Shown here: piece by piece, positions 1 to 15,400 of the stretch
Numbering within the stretch: the first letter of the stretch is position 1
Layout of the letters: each line of letters opens with the position of its first letter
Assembly: GCF_006345805.1 (NCBI RefSeq)
Contig: NC_043003.1
Coordinates: 90,024,001 to 90,088,000, forward strand
DNA from: Octopus sinensis
Taxonomy: Eukaryota
DNA: 64,000 nucleotides
Reading direction: 5' to 3'
Position numbers and translations under genes: made by a program
The notes under the pieces: model-generated
What the model was told of the DNA's origin: nothing
What the model saw: only the letters and a program-made list of their open reading frames with translations
Databases searched by the model: none

Positions 1-1431
1 TAGAAACATAAAAAAAAACCAAAAGAAAAACCGAAATGAGCAGAAGTTAAAAAGAAATATTCCACATTAAAATGAAATGGATATTAAAACGAAATATTGT
101 ATCATGCATTAGTTACTGTGTTTATAGTTACACATTAATTCTGCAGTTTGCTGCTTTTGGTTGTATTAATGTTGTGACACCAATCAACAGAACTATGGCC
201 ACATCATGCAATCACAGAAGGCATATAAAGTTTAAGTATCAATGCAACCAACAGTTGTTGCTAGCTTAGCTCACATCTCTCTCAACACATCAGCAACACG
301 ATCCTGTATAACAAATGTATACATAAATCTAAGTTTTCAACAAAATCATTCAGCAATACACACATACGTGTACACACTCATATACACATTAATCTCCAGA
401 AAAGAAATATACATACATAATGTATTATATATGTATAACTATTGTGAGTTTTTAGAGTTAGGCATTAAGCCTTAGGCAAGTAGAGTTGTTTTGTAAGGAA
501 GCAGTGTAAGGGTCACAATACAATATGGACATTAGTAATGTTTGACACCTTACCTGCTTCTTCTAATGTTAACATTTCTTTTTAAAGAAAACAATTAATG
601 CCTGTCTGCCATGCTCAATGTAATTAATTAATTAGTCATGCTACAAACAGCCAACTTATCACAATAAATATATAAGAGAAGATGCAGCCATGTATAATTG
701 CTGACATCATAATTGTCACCACCACCATCATTATAATCGTCAACACAACGCTTTTGTTACTCCAATCGAATGATTGTTCAAGCAACAAGTTTCATTGCAT
801 ACATACATACATACATGCATGCATACACATTCATGGTTTTGATATTGTTAAATTTTCCAAATATATTTTTATTTATGTAGAAATTATCATTGCTTATATT
901 CCTTTCACCATTAGCATAATTATCACAATAATAATCATTAATACCACTATTCAAATAATTAAACAAACAAACAAGCAGTTCACAGTTTTTACTAAAGTTT
1001 CAAACCCAAGGAGAATTGCCAAGATACTCAGTATTGTCAATGACTGGTCTGGTATTGCCATCTTCACATCAACCACTCAGAAATAACAACTGTCAGACAC
1101 CAGCCTAGATAGTACTGTTATAAACACACATGCACGCACTATATACAGACATATATATTGTGTGTGTGCATATGCACACACACACACACACATAAAGGGT
1201 TTCAACAAAGCTACTAAATTATGCAATGCAACTTTTTTAATAAGCATTTTCAGTCTATTTGCAGTCTGCACATTTAATAACAGTTTATCTCATTTGAGAA
1301 TGATTAAATCTCCAAACTGCAAGAGACTATGAACATTCACATCACATATGTATGTATATATATATATATAAATACATATATATGTCAACTGTACAATTAT
1401 ATTTGTTCTTGGTAGAACAGCAGCAAAAAAT
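1..1431 (-). other. Probable FLII 3' UTR / downstream region
   Basis: Downstream of the stop codon; candidate AATAAA on the minus strand at 868-873. The true 3' end cannot be determined here. Confidence 0.5.
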
Positions 1432-1566
1432 TCAACTCAAAACCTCTTTGTATTTAGACCAACCATGGAAACACTTGGTAAACTTTTTGTTTTCACGATA
1501 TTTGGGAGCAAACAATAGGACACGCTTGTGGTCAGGCTGCTTATTGCGCATGTGTTGTATGTACAC
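1432..1566 (-). CDS. FLII: FLII terminal coding exon
   Basis: [44 protein letters not shown]; TGA at 1434-1432. Confidence 0.94.
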   Translation of the reverse strand: MYIQHMRNKQPDHKRVLLFAPKYRENKKFTKCFHGWSKYKEVLS

Positions 1567-4500
1567 CTGGAAAAGTTGAAAATATACTTCATGTAAATAA
1601 TAATAATAATGGTGGTTTCAAATTTTGGTACAAGGCCAGTCATTTCAAGGGAGGGAGTAAGTCATTTACATCAACCAGCAACAGCAACAATCCTTTCTAC
1701 TACAGGCACAAGGCCTGAAATTTTTGGGGAGTGAGGGCCTATCAATTATATCGACCCCAGTATGCAACTGGTACTTAATTTATCTACTCCAAAAGGACGA
1801 AAAGCAAATTCAACCTCGGCGAGATTTGAACTCAAATGCCGCTAAGCATTTTCCCCAGCATGCTAACGATTCTGCCAGCTTGCCCCCTTCTAAATAATAA
1901 TAGTAATCTTTTCTACTAGAGGCACATGGCCTAAAATTTGGTGAAAGGAGATAGTTGATAACATTGACCCCCAGTACTCAACTGGTACTTATTTCATCAG
2001 CCCCCAAAAGATAAAAGGCAAAATCATGGCTGAATTTGAATTCAGAATGTGAAGATAGACAAAATGCTGTTAAACTTTTAGCCCTGTGTGCTAACAGTTC
2101 TGCTAGCTTGCCACCTTAATAATAATCCTTTCTATTAAAGGCACAATGCCCGAAATTTGTGGGGAGGAAACTAGTTGATTACACTGACCCCAGTATTTCA
2201 CTGGTACTTAATTTATTAACCCACTGAAAGGATGAAAGGCAAAGCTGATGTTGATGGAAAAGTCAGAATGTAGCGATGAATTAAAAGCCATTAATAATAA
2301 TAATAATGATAATAATAATAATATACAATTTTTATATACAGGGTGCTTAAGATATTTGAGGACAGATTTATGTCATATGCTATGAGAATAAAAATAAACC
2401 TTTGCTATAATGTTATACAATAAAGTCACCTTCAGCAACTGCTTCTATATGAGATCTAAATCATCTACATGCTCGAATCAAGTGGTCTTGGTTCATTCTG
2501 GACATTACTCTGACTATGGCAGCTTACAAAGAATCTTTGGTGTTATGGTGTGTTTATTGACCTCTCTCTCAACATGTTCCACATGTAATGGTCCAATGGG
2601 TTGAGATCCAGGGAATTAGGAGGCCAAATGTTAGGGGTTGTGTGATCATGAAAATTTTCAGCTATCCATTCCTGTGTTACTAGAGCCTTGTGTGATAGAG
2701 CAGAGTCTTACTGAAACACATAGAGCCTTCTATTAAATACTGTCTATCCAGGGCTTAACAATTATTTCCAGCTCCTCAATGTAGGTGGCAGAGTTAACTC
2801 TAGGCCTTGTGGAAAGAAGTAAGGCAGCATCACATGTCCTTTAACTCTGGAATCTTTGAGTGATCTTATTTTCCTGAACTCTGGTAAACACTAAGCCATG
2901 AAAACTGTTGAAAGAACATTGCACTGTGGATCAATTTAAATATGGGGTATCTTCCTATTAGCAGCTTGCAGTATTCTGTTTCACAGCTGCAGCTTTCATT
3001 TCCCTTTCTCCACATTGAGTTCTCAGTTGTGCCTAACAGTCATTTCATCATCACTGTTCTTTTGTAACCTTTGATTCTGAGCTGACTTAGTAGTTGGCCC
3101 ATGGAGGCTACAACAAACCTCATACGCTAACTTCCACTACTTGTACTATGCAACGATACCCTTCTTCTGTCACATCCTTCACAAGATCATCATATTTCCT
3201 CGTCTTATATTGGTGTTGTTTATCTACTCAGCTCTCATATACTTATTCTGTTGCAGACAATACTTACAATATATTGCTATAGACAATATCTACAACAGAC
3301 TGCTAAAGACAATGTCATAAGTATATACTGTAGATACTACCTGTACATATATGACAGAGTATAGGTTGCAGGTATGTCTTTTTAGTTAAGTGTGCTTCCT
3401 AACCACATGATTTCAGGTTCTCACGCACACATATATCTGTATGTATGTTTGTACTTCCTTGTTTTGACATTGTGTGATTGTTGTGGGTGAATGTCATCAA
3501 TTTCCAATATTCTGTGAAATCATTCTTGGTTTTGGGGAAATATTAACCTTGCTTGGTATCCAGCCATAGATAATTTACCTCAATAAACTCCATCCAACCC
3601 ATGCAAGCTTGGAAAAGTGGATGTGAAAATGGTATATATGAGTACAAATGTTGAGCGATAAGTAGGGATGGTGGGAAAGAGTAGGTGACAACTGTAAAGA
3701 CTGAATAGGGTTGAATAATGTCCAACCTATGCCAGCATGGAACATGGATAGTAAATGATGATTACAATGATATATGTATGTGCATTTCTGTATCTTTGTT
3801 TACATTTGCACTCTATGGAAGTTGTGAACAAGGAGCAGTGTAGTTGCTGTCAATTCTCCTGCCAAGAAATTGTACACTTGCTTCGTGTTTTTGAAGATGT
3901 GTAAAACAAGGGATCCCTCCTGTACTTGAAAAACAAGCAAGGGTTAGTGACAGGAATGACATCTGGCTTTAAAATTATGCCTTCATAATGTATTCATTTA
4001 ACCCATGTTACCATGGAAAACAACGAATGTATAAATGAATTAATGAATCATGCAGCATCATTAGAAGTTCTAAAAATCTAAGGTTTGTAGCAAAGGAAAT
4101 GTTTTTTTATCAGTTTGTTTATGATGCAGTGAGATAAAATTTATTGTGAAATTGTTTATGAATTGTGTATAAAACAAAGTTGAAACAAAATAAAATTAGG
4201 ATTTGTAAATGAAAGAAAGCCATAATATGTCACCTGTGCACTCTTGAAGGCTAACTTAATTTCAACATCACTGGTTTTACGACCAACCCAGAGGAATACA
4301 TTTTCTCCATTGTCAAGGATCATGACATCATCATCTGCCAAATCATCCTGCAATTTAAGATAATTAAGTCATAAATTGTTCTCAAAAATTTTTTTTTTTC
4401 TGATGACAGCTGAATAAAATTTAAAATTATATAAAATAGACTTTTTAACTCATACAGAAACAAAGATATTGTTTCTGTCTATCTATACACACACACACAG

Positions 4501-6426
4501 CTTTTATCTTTTATTTGTATCAATCATTGGACTGCGACCATGCTGGGGCACTAGCTTTAAGGTTCTATTGAACAAGTCAACCCAAGTACTTATTTTAACC
4601 ATGGAGAAATATTACCTTGCTTGGAAAATAAATGGATGTTGGCAACTAGAAGACTATCCAGCAATAGATAATCTGCCCCAACATATTTCATCTAACCCAT
4701 ATATAAGCAAGGAAAAGTGGATATTAAAACGATAATGATCTACTAGTGTTAAATGAAATTAAGTAGGTGTATGATATTTTACAAACTGAGTAAAATACAA
4801 ATCTATTGTATATTTATCATAGCAGAATTTTAGTTCGTGCTACAAGTTAACAAATCACTTGCTAGAAATGATATAAACATTTTAATATGTTTCTGTGATA
4901 TAACTATTATAAGTTTCATTTGCATTTTACCTGACAAAAGTCGGCACACTTCTCTGATACAGTAAAATAGCCTTTGTCATTTGAGCAGCGGAAAAGACGT
5001 GCATACTGCATGAAAGTTGCACTCTGAAATGAAAAAAATCCGAAACTTTAGTCTCTACAAACTGAAAATAATAATTTATTCTTAATAAAAAGTTTGATAA
5101 ATATTGAAAGAGGATTTTTTTTTTGAAAATCAAAATGTAAATAAGCTAAATACCAAGTAATTAACAGGAACAATCCATGGAAGTTCTTGGAAACTGGGAT
5201 TATCCAAAGAGACCAACTGGGACTACGTATAGAAACTACAGCTATCTATGGAAACTAACAGGGACTGTCTATAGAAACTGACTGGGACCATCTATGGAAA
5301 ACCTCTGAAAATGATATTTGATTTATACTTTTATTTAACTTTATAAAAGATTTAATCTGACTTTATAATTAAGGGCAAATCACTTTGCTAGAGCTCATCT
5401 CACTTCAAGTCATATTTAACGAAAATAACTGAACTCACAGATAATGACAAAATGGATGTGAAAGTACAACAGCTCTGAGGAATTCAATCTCAGACCAAGT
5501 TCTCTGAAATTTGCCACCTTCAGATTGTGATAGTTTTTTGTTTTTTTTTTAAAACAATATATGATAATAGAAAGAAACTAATAAACAAACATTTTGTATC
5601 CACTCCAAAGGACAGCACTATGGGGTTACTGGATGATAGGCCAAACTTAATCTGACATCACTCCTATAATTGTGCTTAGTGACTATATAGCACACACCTG
5701 CTGTGTTATTGCAATGATTACAGAGGATTTCATGAAGTTTTAGAAGGAAGATTGTATATAGTCAGACATAACTCATGAACTATGTAGCAATACTGGTTTT
5801 TGAAATGGAGATAAATGTTAATTTGTTTTGTCATCTGTTGTTTATCATGACATCAAGACAAGGTAAATTTTTGTTGCTGTTGTTGTTGTAAACTCTTAGC
5901 CTTTTCCTATTCCATTGTGTAAATAGATTGAGTCATGTGTGATTATTATAAATGCTGGCACTGGATGGAAAGACTGTTTTCCAGAATTGGAATTTACATT
6001 CCATCATATCTATATATCTTATACACAAGTGAATTAGAGTCATTAATACTTTATGATCAGCATATAATCAGCCTTACTGACTTCAGGGCAAGGGAATGGA
6101 TTGTGACGACAGTCATTTATTTCCAAGGTGGAGTAGTAGTCAGGAGAACAACTGAACTTAAGTTATATATAGACTCATTTAACTCTTTTAGTTAATCAAC
6201 GAACTGAGACTACCCTTGATTCTATGACACAAAGGTTATGTTTAAAGTGATCTAATTTAAAATTTTCCACCTAAGTTTTATATTAATTTGTTATAAATAA
6301 CAGGTTAATAATGAAAGTTATTTTACTAAGTTCTTAGTTCTTCATTATTTCCAAAATTAATTGAAGCAGGGGGAGTGCAAGGTTAAATAAGAATTTATCA
6401 CCTAATTTATGAAACTCATTGTACAC

Positions 6427-6462
<36 letters not shown>

Positions 6463-9400
6463 AATTACATAACATTTCCAATTCAAAGTAGAATATCAAA
6501 ATAAAAATATTCAGATACTAACTCTTTCATAAGGTTTACGACCTCCAATGCCAACCCAGAAGAAGTTTTCAGGTTCTTCTCCTTCATTAATCATTTGAAT
6601 TGTAAAGTTTTCCTGCAACATAACAACATTCAAAGTCATCAATCTAAGTCACTGAATCAAAGTCATTGAAGAACAATCTCCTCCCTCAAAGATATTCATC
6701 ACCATTATCACAGCCATAATACAGAGCTGGTGAAAATATACCAAAAGTTTTGCACTGTGAATTCTTATAACATATTTACTACATAAGTGTAAATTCTCTC
6801 TCAAGTTAATTAGCAAGATAAGTATAAACCTGAGGAAAACTATTAACAGTTTGTACTGTGAATCCTTACAACACCAAGTATAGATTGTGCAAAATAGATT
6901 TTTCAGTGGTGTATAGATTGTCGTTGTATACAATTCCCTTATCTCCAGAATCTGATGCATTTCAGTTGTAAAATCTGATGGCAATTTCCATCTGATATTT
7001 AAGGTGAAATATCATGTAAGTTATAAAATTCCGACTTTCAATGATTTGGCATAGGTAAAATGGTTTTAGAGTAGTGGTAAATAACATGACTAATGTTGAT
7101 TTCTTCACTTTTTCTGTGACGAAACTGCAATTACTTACTGTACAACATTTCACAAGCCCATCAAGCATTATTGTGTCACACTGCTGGCAAACTATTAGAT
7201 GAAACTAGATGTTTGTTGTTAATGTTCATTGTTCCATGCTAAAAGGTACTGTTTAATGCATTGTCTGTTGCTAACCCTGTTTTACAAGAGAACTCTTATT
7301 TTATGCTTTGGAAGTCACAAAGCTAGTGGATGATTTGCTTACAGAAGAATCGATTATACCCTTAATTGTAGCTTAGCATATTTCCATTGAAGCACAAATA
7401 CAAACACACACACACACACACACTCACATAGAATGAACTTTTTTCAATTTGTCTACCAAATCTACTCATAAAGCTTTAGCTGTAGCAGAAGACACTTGCT
7501 CAAGGTGTCACACAGTGGAACTGCATCTGGAACCAGGCGACAAATGTCTTCTACTATGGCCCAAAGCAAAACAAAGCCTTGTAAATGAATTTCATAGACA
7601 GAAACTGAAAAAAGTTGTTGTGTGTGTTTACATTTATGCTTTACAAAAGTCGCTACAAGGTGGCAGGGTTGTTGTCACTTCAGTCTACAAACTATCCGCT
7701 CACTTTGCACCTTCATAGATGTGACATTAAATCTCTTACTTGACAAGCAGGTCAGGATTAATGACAAGAAGAGCATCTGGCTGTAAAACAATGCCTTAAT
7801 AATATATTCATCTAACCAATGCAGGCATAGAAAAAGAAATGTAAAAGCAAACTAACTGACACTCGGTCACTTATGATGATGTGGGTTCCAGTTGATCTGA
7901 TCAACAGAACAGCTTGCTCGTGAGATTAACATGCAAGTGGGTGAGCACTCCAGACATGCCTACCCCTTCACATACTTCTCAGAGAGATTCAGCATGACAC
8001 GGAGTGTGACAAAGCTGGACCCTTTGAAATACAAGTACTACTCATTTTTGCCAGCTGAGTGGACTGCAGCACAGTGAAATAAAGTGTTTTGCTCTAGGGC
8101 ACAACATGCTGCTAGGAATTGAACTCTCAAGCCGAATACCTTAACCACCAAGCCATGTGCAAACTAAAAGAAAATAAAAAGACACATGGGTGACTTGCAT
8201 GGACTGTGGTGGTGCAAGCAAACAGTCACTCATTAAGATGAGCGAAGATAGTTATTGCAGTAATACAAAGAATATGGATATTTATAATGGAAAAAAAAAA
8301 GACAAATAGCAAAAAAAAAAAAACAACATAAAAACAAGCAAAAATCACCCAGATGCACTTACTTTGAACATATTGTAAGCATTTTGTTCAGCTAATCTTG
8401 CCTCTTCATGATCAGCTTTAGTCCCAATCCAAACATACACGATCCCTTGTAAATCTTCACTGGCAAATGGTACTTTTAGTATGTAACTGAAGAGAAAGAA
8501 ACAAAATATTTCTAAATTGTGAAATATTTTCAATTTTTTCAATTACATTTTTTTCCCAATCCACCATCATTGTAATAATTCTTTCCATGATTTCCTTTAC
8601 GTTTCTATTCTCATTGCACTCACTGAAAACTAGATTTATAGCCAGAAGTGTTGTATAAATATATAGAGTAATTATGTTCACTGCTACAAGCAACTGTGCA
8701 TTTTATAGGTGTTAAAATTAAGGAGAATAAAGTATATTTGCACTAACAGAACTGGCACTGTTGGTTAAAACAGTTGATCTGATCAATGGAACAGCCTGGT
8801 CATGAAATTAATGTGCAAGTGGTTGAGCACTCCACAGACATGTACCCTTAACGTAGTTCTAAGGGAGATTCAGTATGACACAGAAACACAGAGTGTGACA
8901 AGGCTGGCCCTTTGAAATACAAATGCTTACTCATTTTTGCCAGCTGAGTGGACTGCAGTAATGTGAAATAAAGTGTCTTGCTCAAGGACATGTCACCAGG
9001 AAATGAATTCCTGACCTTACGATCGTTACCCTATCCATTAAGCCACGTACCTACACTAACAGAGAGATATGTTTAAATGAACAAAATATCAATATCATTT
9101 TACATCCATTTTTCCCAACAAGTTTTTATTGTTCAAGTATTGGTTGAAAAAATTAAAAAAAGTCTCTACTCCTTTTTAATTATATATTTAGAAAAAAAAA
9201 GAACTTAAGATTTTTGTTTTCTACCTTCAGGAACTAGGAAAAAAAATTTTTTAATTAAAAATTTATTAAATTAAAACAATTTTAATTTTTTGAAATCAGA
9301 AGAATAATGCATTGAAAAGCAGTGTTTAAAATTCAATTCTCAAAAAAAAAAAAAAAAATAACCCATGAGCATTCAGATTACTCCATCAACCAAAATGCTT

Positions 9401-12400
9401 ACCAATTCACATTTGTTTTGAACTAATCACATATTATCTTGAAGGTTTAAGATTTCAATGATGAGATTGTTTAGTTTCAGAATGACATTGTAGGACAGGT
9501 GCAAGAAGCTGGATGTAGCCAATTTGAACATAAAACAGAACATTTAGGGCTGATATGACTGGTTTAAATCCCTTCAGTCGCTTTTTGCTATATGTAAATT
9601 CATGGGACATAATCAACACTGACATTAATACATAGAGAGAAATTATGAATTTTTACCTTAATAAAAGGTAGTTTCTTTGCTATCAATGTTGCTTTTATTT
9701 TCTGATTACTTCATTTCATCAAAACTTTCCTGTATTTAACAAGACAGTGATCCATACACTCTCTAATGTGAATATATTTATGAAGTATAAATAAATGTTT
9801 AATATACTGTACACAGGTGCTGGCATGAGTGTGTGGTTGAGAAGCTTACTTCCCAACCACCTGGTTTTGGGTTCAGTTCCACTGTGTGGCACCTTGGGCA
9901 AATGTCTACTACAGCCCCAGTTTGACAGAAACCCTGTGAGTGGATTTGGTTGAGAAAAACTGAAAGAAGCCCTTCATATACATATACATGTGTTGCACAA
10001 GTGCATTTGTGCCTCTTCATCTTGACATCATGTAGAAGTTGTAAGTAGTGTCACCATCATACAAGTGATATCATTTGTTTTCAATTTTCAATGAAAACAT
10101 GGGGAAATGTCACCCTGATTGGAAACAAGTGAGGGTTAGCAACAGGAAAGGCATCTGGCCATAGAAAATATACCTAATTGAATTCTATCACTATTTCTTT
10201 GCTCTTCGGTATATTCAATAACACACAACATAAGGCAGCAAGCTGGCAGAAACGTAAGCATGCTGGGCAAAATGCTTAGAGGTATTTCGCCTGTCTTTAT
10301 GTTCTGAGTTCAAATTCCATTGAGGCCAGCTTTACTTTTCATCCTTTCGGGGTCGATAAATTAAGCACCAGTTGTGTACTGGAGTCAATCTAGTCAACTG
10401 GCACCCCTGCCCCAAAATTTTGGGCCTTGTGCCTAGAGTAGAAAAGAATAAGACAACTTTAACATCCATTTTTCATGTTGGCAAGGGTTGGATGGTTCAA
10501 CCAGAGCTGGCAAGTTGGAGAGCTGCATCAGGTTCCAATTGTCTGTTTCGGCATGGTTTCTACGACTGGCTGCCCTTCCTAACACGACCAATGGGTGTTT
10601 TTAATGTAGCACAGGCTCGAGCGCTTTTACGTGACACTGGCACAAGTGTTTTTACATGGCACCAGCACAGAGCTTTTGGAAGCCAATCCTCTTCATTAGG
10701 GGGAGTAGCTTTAAAACTTCTGCTGTGGAGGACAGGTCTTCTTGAGCACAGCAAGGTTCCACATTAATCTTTCACCTTCAGTGCCCATGGTTTAATTTTT
10801 TAATGATTAGGGTGTCGGATGCATGATTGTAAAGTGTATGGTTTCAATTTCTAGAGAAAGTGGTGTTTGGTTTACTTGAATATAACACCTCATGTCACTC
10901 TAGTTCACCCATTTGTAAATAAATACCAGCAATAGCTGGAGATCAACCCTGTGGCAAAGTGACATCCCCTTCAGGGGGAGTATTGTATTCTTGGTTGCTT
11001 ATATATATTGGTAACCAGGATTGACTATGGCCTGATTTGCCTGTAGGCTTATAACACAGTAAAGACCTGTGACTAATTATAATGATTTAAGCTATGTTAT
11101 ACATAAGTTATCATAAATGATCAATATAACTTACTTCAGGCCAGGCTGTCCCAAATGTTACCACACACATGGGATATGAAAAAAAAATGCTAATGCTTAC
11201 TTCTTAGGCTTAAAAAAAAACGTGGAAAGAAAGTGCATATTAGACACAAATGAATACAGTAATCATTCAGCTTTTTTTCACATTTTGTTTATCGAGAAGG
11301 TAAAGTGCAATCTATATTAGCATTTTTAGAACTTACCAGAAATGTGAATTAAGTAGAGAGGCATCTGGCTTGATCTGTACAAAAAAATATAGAAAAAAGT
11401 TTTTATATAAAAGAAAAACCCTTTTTCATTGCTTATAAATAATTAAGGGAGTTTGATATGCTTTTAATTTTTAATACTGAAAGAATTACAATTGCAACAA
11501 ATGATCATGTTGTATTAGACATTTTTCTTGATACATATTGAGTCATGTAACGAAGACTCATTTGAGGGAAATGTGCAAGTTATAATTTCAAATCTGTTGC
11601 AAGTAATTCATTAGCTCTCTAAACAGGATACGGCTCTGCATAGCCAATTTCAACTAACTATTGGATAAGGTATAAACTATTTTGAAAATATATGCAATAG
11701 ACAGGCACTGAATCCAATAGAAAAGCCATTTTACATCAGTTTAATGCAACAATTCAGAATTAAGTACAACCTTCTCTTAGGTATATGGAAACTTATCAAA
11801 TTATTATACATTAATTAGACAATGAAATAGGCCAGCTGACAAAGCATAAGTACTAAATCATATTTGGGAGTCTTAGAAGTTTTGTTGTGTATCAGGGTAA
11901 CACCATTTATGCTATAAGAAGTTTTGTTGGGTGTAAGAGCAACACCTTTATATATAAAGTTTTGTTGTGCAAAAGGGCAACCCCCTTAATTTACATGCCT
12001 TAGTTCATATAACAGTCAGGAAAAATACGAAATAATATCTGCAATAGGCTATCATCATTTGAGGGAAATGTATTTTTGTCCATTTTGTGCCACGAAACCA
12101 GAGCTAAACACTATTTTCAAGGCTGAGATGACATGTACTATTTACAACTTTAAACATGTCTAAATGAAACCAACATATGAATGAATAACTATTCCTGATA
12201 CTAAATAAGAAAGTGATGAAACTGACAATATAATTAAAACACTCATTTTGTATCTGAAAATATAATTCTTGTTATATCATTCTTGGTGTAACGTTGACCT
12301 GCTGGACAATTGACCATATGGTTGGGAGTTCAAATGTAATACACTACTCTGTCTCAATTTGCCTGGCTATAGGTAATATAAGGCAACTAGATTATAGTTT

Positions 12401-15400
12401 ACTGATTAGCAGTAAGAATGACATCCAGCTAAAAAAAAAAAAAAAACCCACCTCAACAAAATGCAAATGATTAATAACATGCAAAGTTGTATATTAGGTT
12501 GTCCCAAAAGTTCGTAAACACTTGCGAAAATTGAATTTTTACTCGCCAAGTACTAACAAAAACAACAAAAATTATTCCTCAAAATAAAGACATTTATGTT
12601 TACGAACTTTTGGGACAACCTTATAGTTTATGGAGGGGTGCAAAATAGTAGTTGTAGCAGAATTAATTATATAGTTTGCAGTCGAGCATCTTAACCATTC
12701 ATCCATTATGCCATGAAGAAACATTAAAGTTCTCAATATGATTAAAGTATGGTGACTGATGTGATTTATATTAAAAATAAGCTGTTAAAACAATAACAGC
12801 TCAATACTATACCTGTATGCAGCGAGTAGCTAGAGGGCTGCCATTGGCACGTAAATGGAACATCTCAACACCCCGTTTGACAGCTGGAGCACCAGGTAAT
12901 TTTCGCTTGCCACTATGGATTACAAACTTGCGATGAAAGTGAGAGAGGAATTTCAGATTTTCTTGTTGTTGATGTGTACGCACAACTTCAAGTTTATCAC
13001 CAAACAGACTTTCAAATTTCTTCTGTAAGCTGAAAATAAATAACTTTTCAGGGTCACAAATTTAAATTAGAAATATTCACAAATTAAATATATTTAAAAA
13101 GTGACAATGGAACAATCTAAATTTAGCTTGTTAATTGACAAAGATCTAATAGACAGTTACATTTTGAGGCAGAAGATAAGAAAAGGTGGGAGAAGTGGGG
13201 AATGGCAAGCCATAGTTGAAGTTTCCAAAATCAACATAATGCACTAGAATCTTTTTTTGCATAGAAACAGACATTTCTGAAAGGAAAGGCGGGAAAACTT
13301 AATAAAATTGATCTATGCAGCTTATTGATATTTATTCTGCTGATCCTGGATGGAAGAAAGATGCAAATAGAAGTATTTAATGAAGTTCTTTGTCTCTCTC
13401 TCTCTAAAGAATAAAATTCTGCACCTTTTGCAATGACATCTGTGTTCTACAGGGATCTGGTCTTGGCTCCCCCCATTATTTGATATATACATTAATGAAA
13501 TAGATGTCAATAAGAAGCATTTTACTGTGTTAAAGTATACAGACAATATTAAGCTGTACCTTGCAATAAAAAGAACAGATTCTAAACACTATAGATCTTT
13601 CCAGCAATCTGATCCAGACACAATGCTGCAATGGATTAATGGCAGTAGACAAGTTCAGTAGAATACATTTTGGGATGAAAAACATGGAATTTACCAATTC
13701 CCTTCATGATACCAAAGAAGTCTGCTAGGGATTGTAGCCTAGGCATTATGGTCAACAAAGATCTACATTGAATGAACCACATTCCTAAAATCAAAAAGGC
13801 TGAGGTTGTCTTAACATCACTGAATAAGAACTTTGTCAGTCACACAGCAACCATCTATGTCTATAGTACATCCACATTTACATTTTGCATCTCCAGTTTG
13901 GAAATCCCATCTTATCCAGAATATTGCTGCCAGCGCTGCCTTGACTGGCTCCTGTACTGGTGGCATGTAAAAAGCACCCACTACACTCTTGGAGTGGTTG
14001 GCATTAGGAAGGGCATCCAGCTGTAGAAACACTGCCAGATCGGACTGGAGCCTGGTGCAGCCTTCTGGCTTCCCAGATCCCCGGTGGAACCGTCCAACCC
14101 ATGCTAGCATGGAGAATGGACGTTAAACGATGATGATGATGATGATGAATGTTGCCCAGAGATGTGCAACAAGATGAATACCCACTGTCAGTCACATCAT
14201 ATCTTGAACATATTGCTTCCTAGTGCATTGATATACTAAAGCTTCAATGTCTAGCAGCAGGCTTGGTAGAAGCTCGCAATATTATCCACCATCTTTCCAG
14301 CAAAGACTTTGGCTTCCCTTTTTGAATTCAATACCTCCACCATTAGTGGGCATGCTTATAAAATTTAAAAAATAGCACAGCACTTATGACTTTCAGAAAC
14401 ATTTTTTCATGCTCAGAATTGTTGAAACATGGAATAGACAACCTGCACAATTATGATACTGCATCCTTCAAAAATTCCAAGCTTCCAAAAACTTTGCCAA
14501 CACTACTCTTGATCATTTTATGCACTTTTGTTTTTTATGGCTCTTTTACTGTTAACTTTTCAGTCTTTTCATATAGTCTGTGTACTTAGTATATATTTCT
14601 AGCTTTCATTGCTGTGTCATTACTTAACTCATGGTTGTTTTCTGCTCTCTCTTTTAATCTTCTTTGATGAGTTATGTACCCAAGCACTGCATGCATACAT
14701 ATATATCACCACCACCACCACCACCACGTATGTATGTATGTATGTATGCATGCATGCCGCCGCCACCACCACCACCACCATCATCATCATCATTACGGTC
14801 TCAGTAACTCAAATGTAATATAAATAATGTTGACAATGATAAACACAAACCTGAAAGTAAAGGTAAGCCAACCCATGTTACTTGCATCTCTTCCCTGCCA
14901 AAAGTAGACAATACATTTGAAGTCTTCCTCTGAAAGTTCAGCTTTACTTTCTTCATTGTTTTCTTCCTCGTCTTCTGAATACTCCTCTGGTATCCAGTAG
15001 CGGCACAAGAAAACATAGCAGTCTTCACTGTAAAAATGACCTACAAACAAAATGAATCCAGAAAATAATAGTGGGCTTTTAACAAATCTCTGCTCTCATT
15101 TCTTACTTCTATAAATCCTTTTCAACTTTAGTCAGAGACAGAAATTGTGATTCAAGTCCAACCACCTAGTTTTTCTATTTTTCAGTGCTTGGTTTAGGAT
15201 TGGGGTCTGCTAGTGAATGTAGCCTGGGCATTATCATCAGTAATGACCTGCATTGGATAAACCACAATTCTAAAACTGTCAAACAGGCTGAAGGTTGTCT
15301 TAGCGTTACTCAGTAAAACCTTTGTCAGCTACTGGTATCTCTCCACTTATAGTTTTCATCTCCAGCCTGAAACCCTTGTCTTGTTCAGAATAATGATCTA

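Noticed and set aside
682-1086. 134-aa plus-strand ORF in the FLII 3' region
   Set aside because: Low-complexity Ile/Thr-rich translation of simple repeats; no homology cues.
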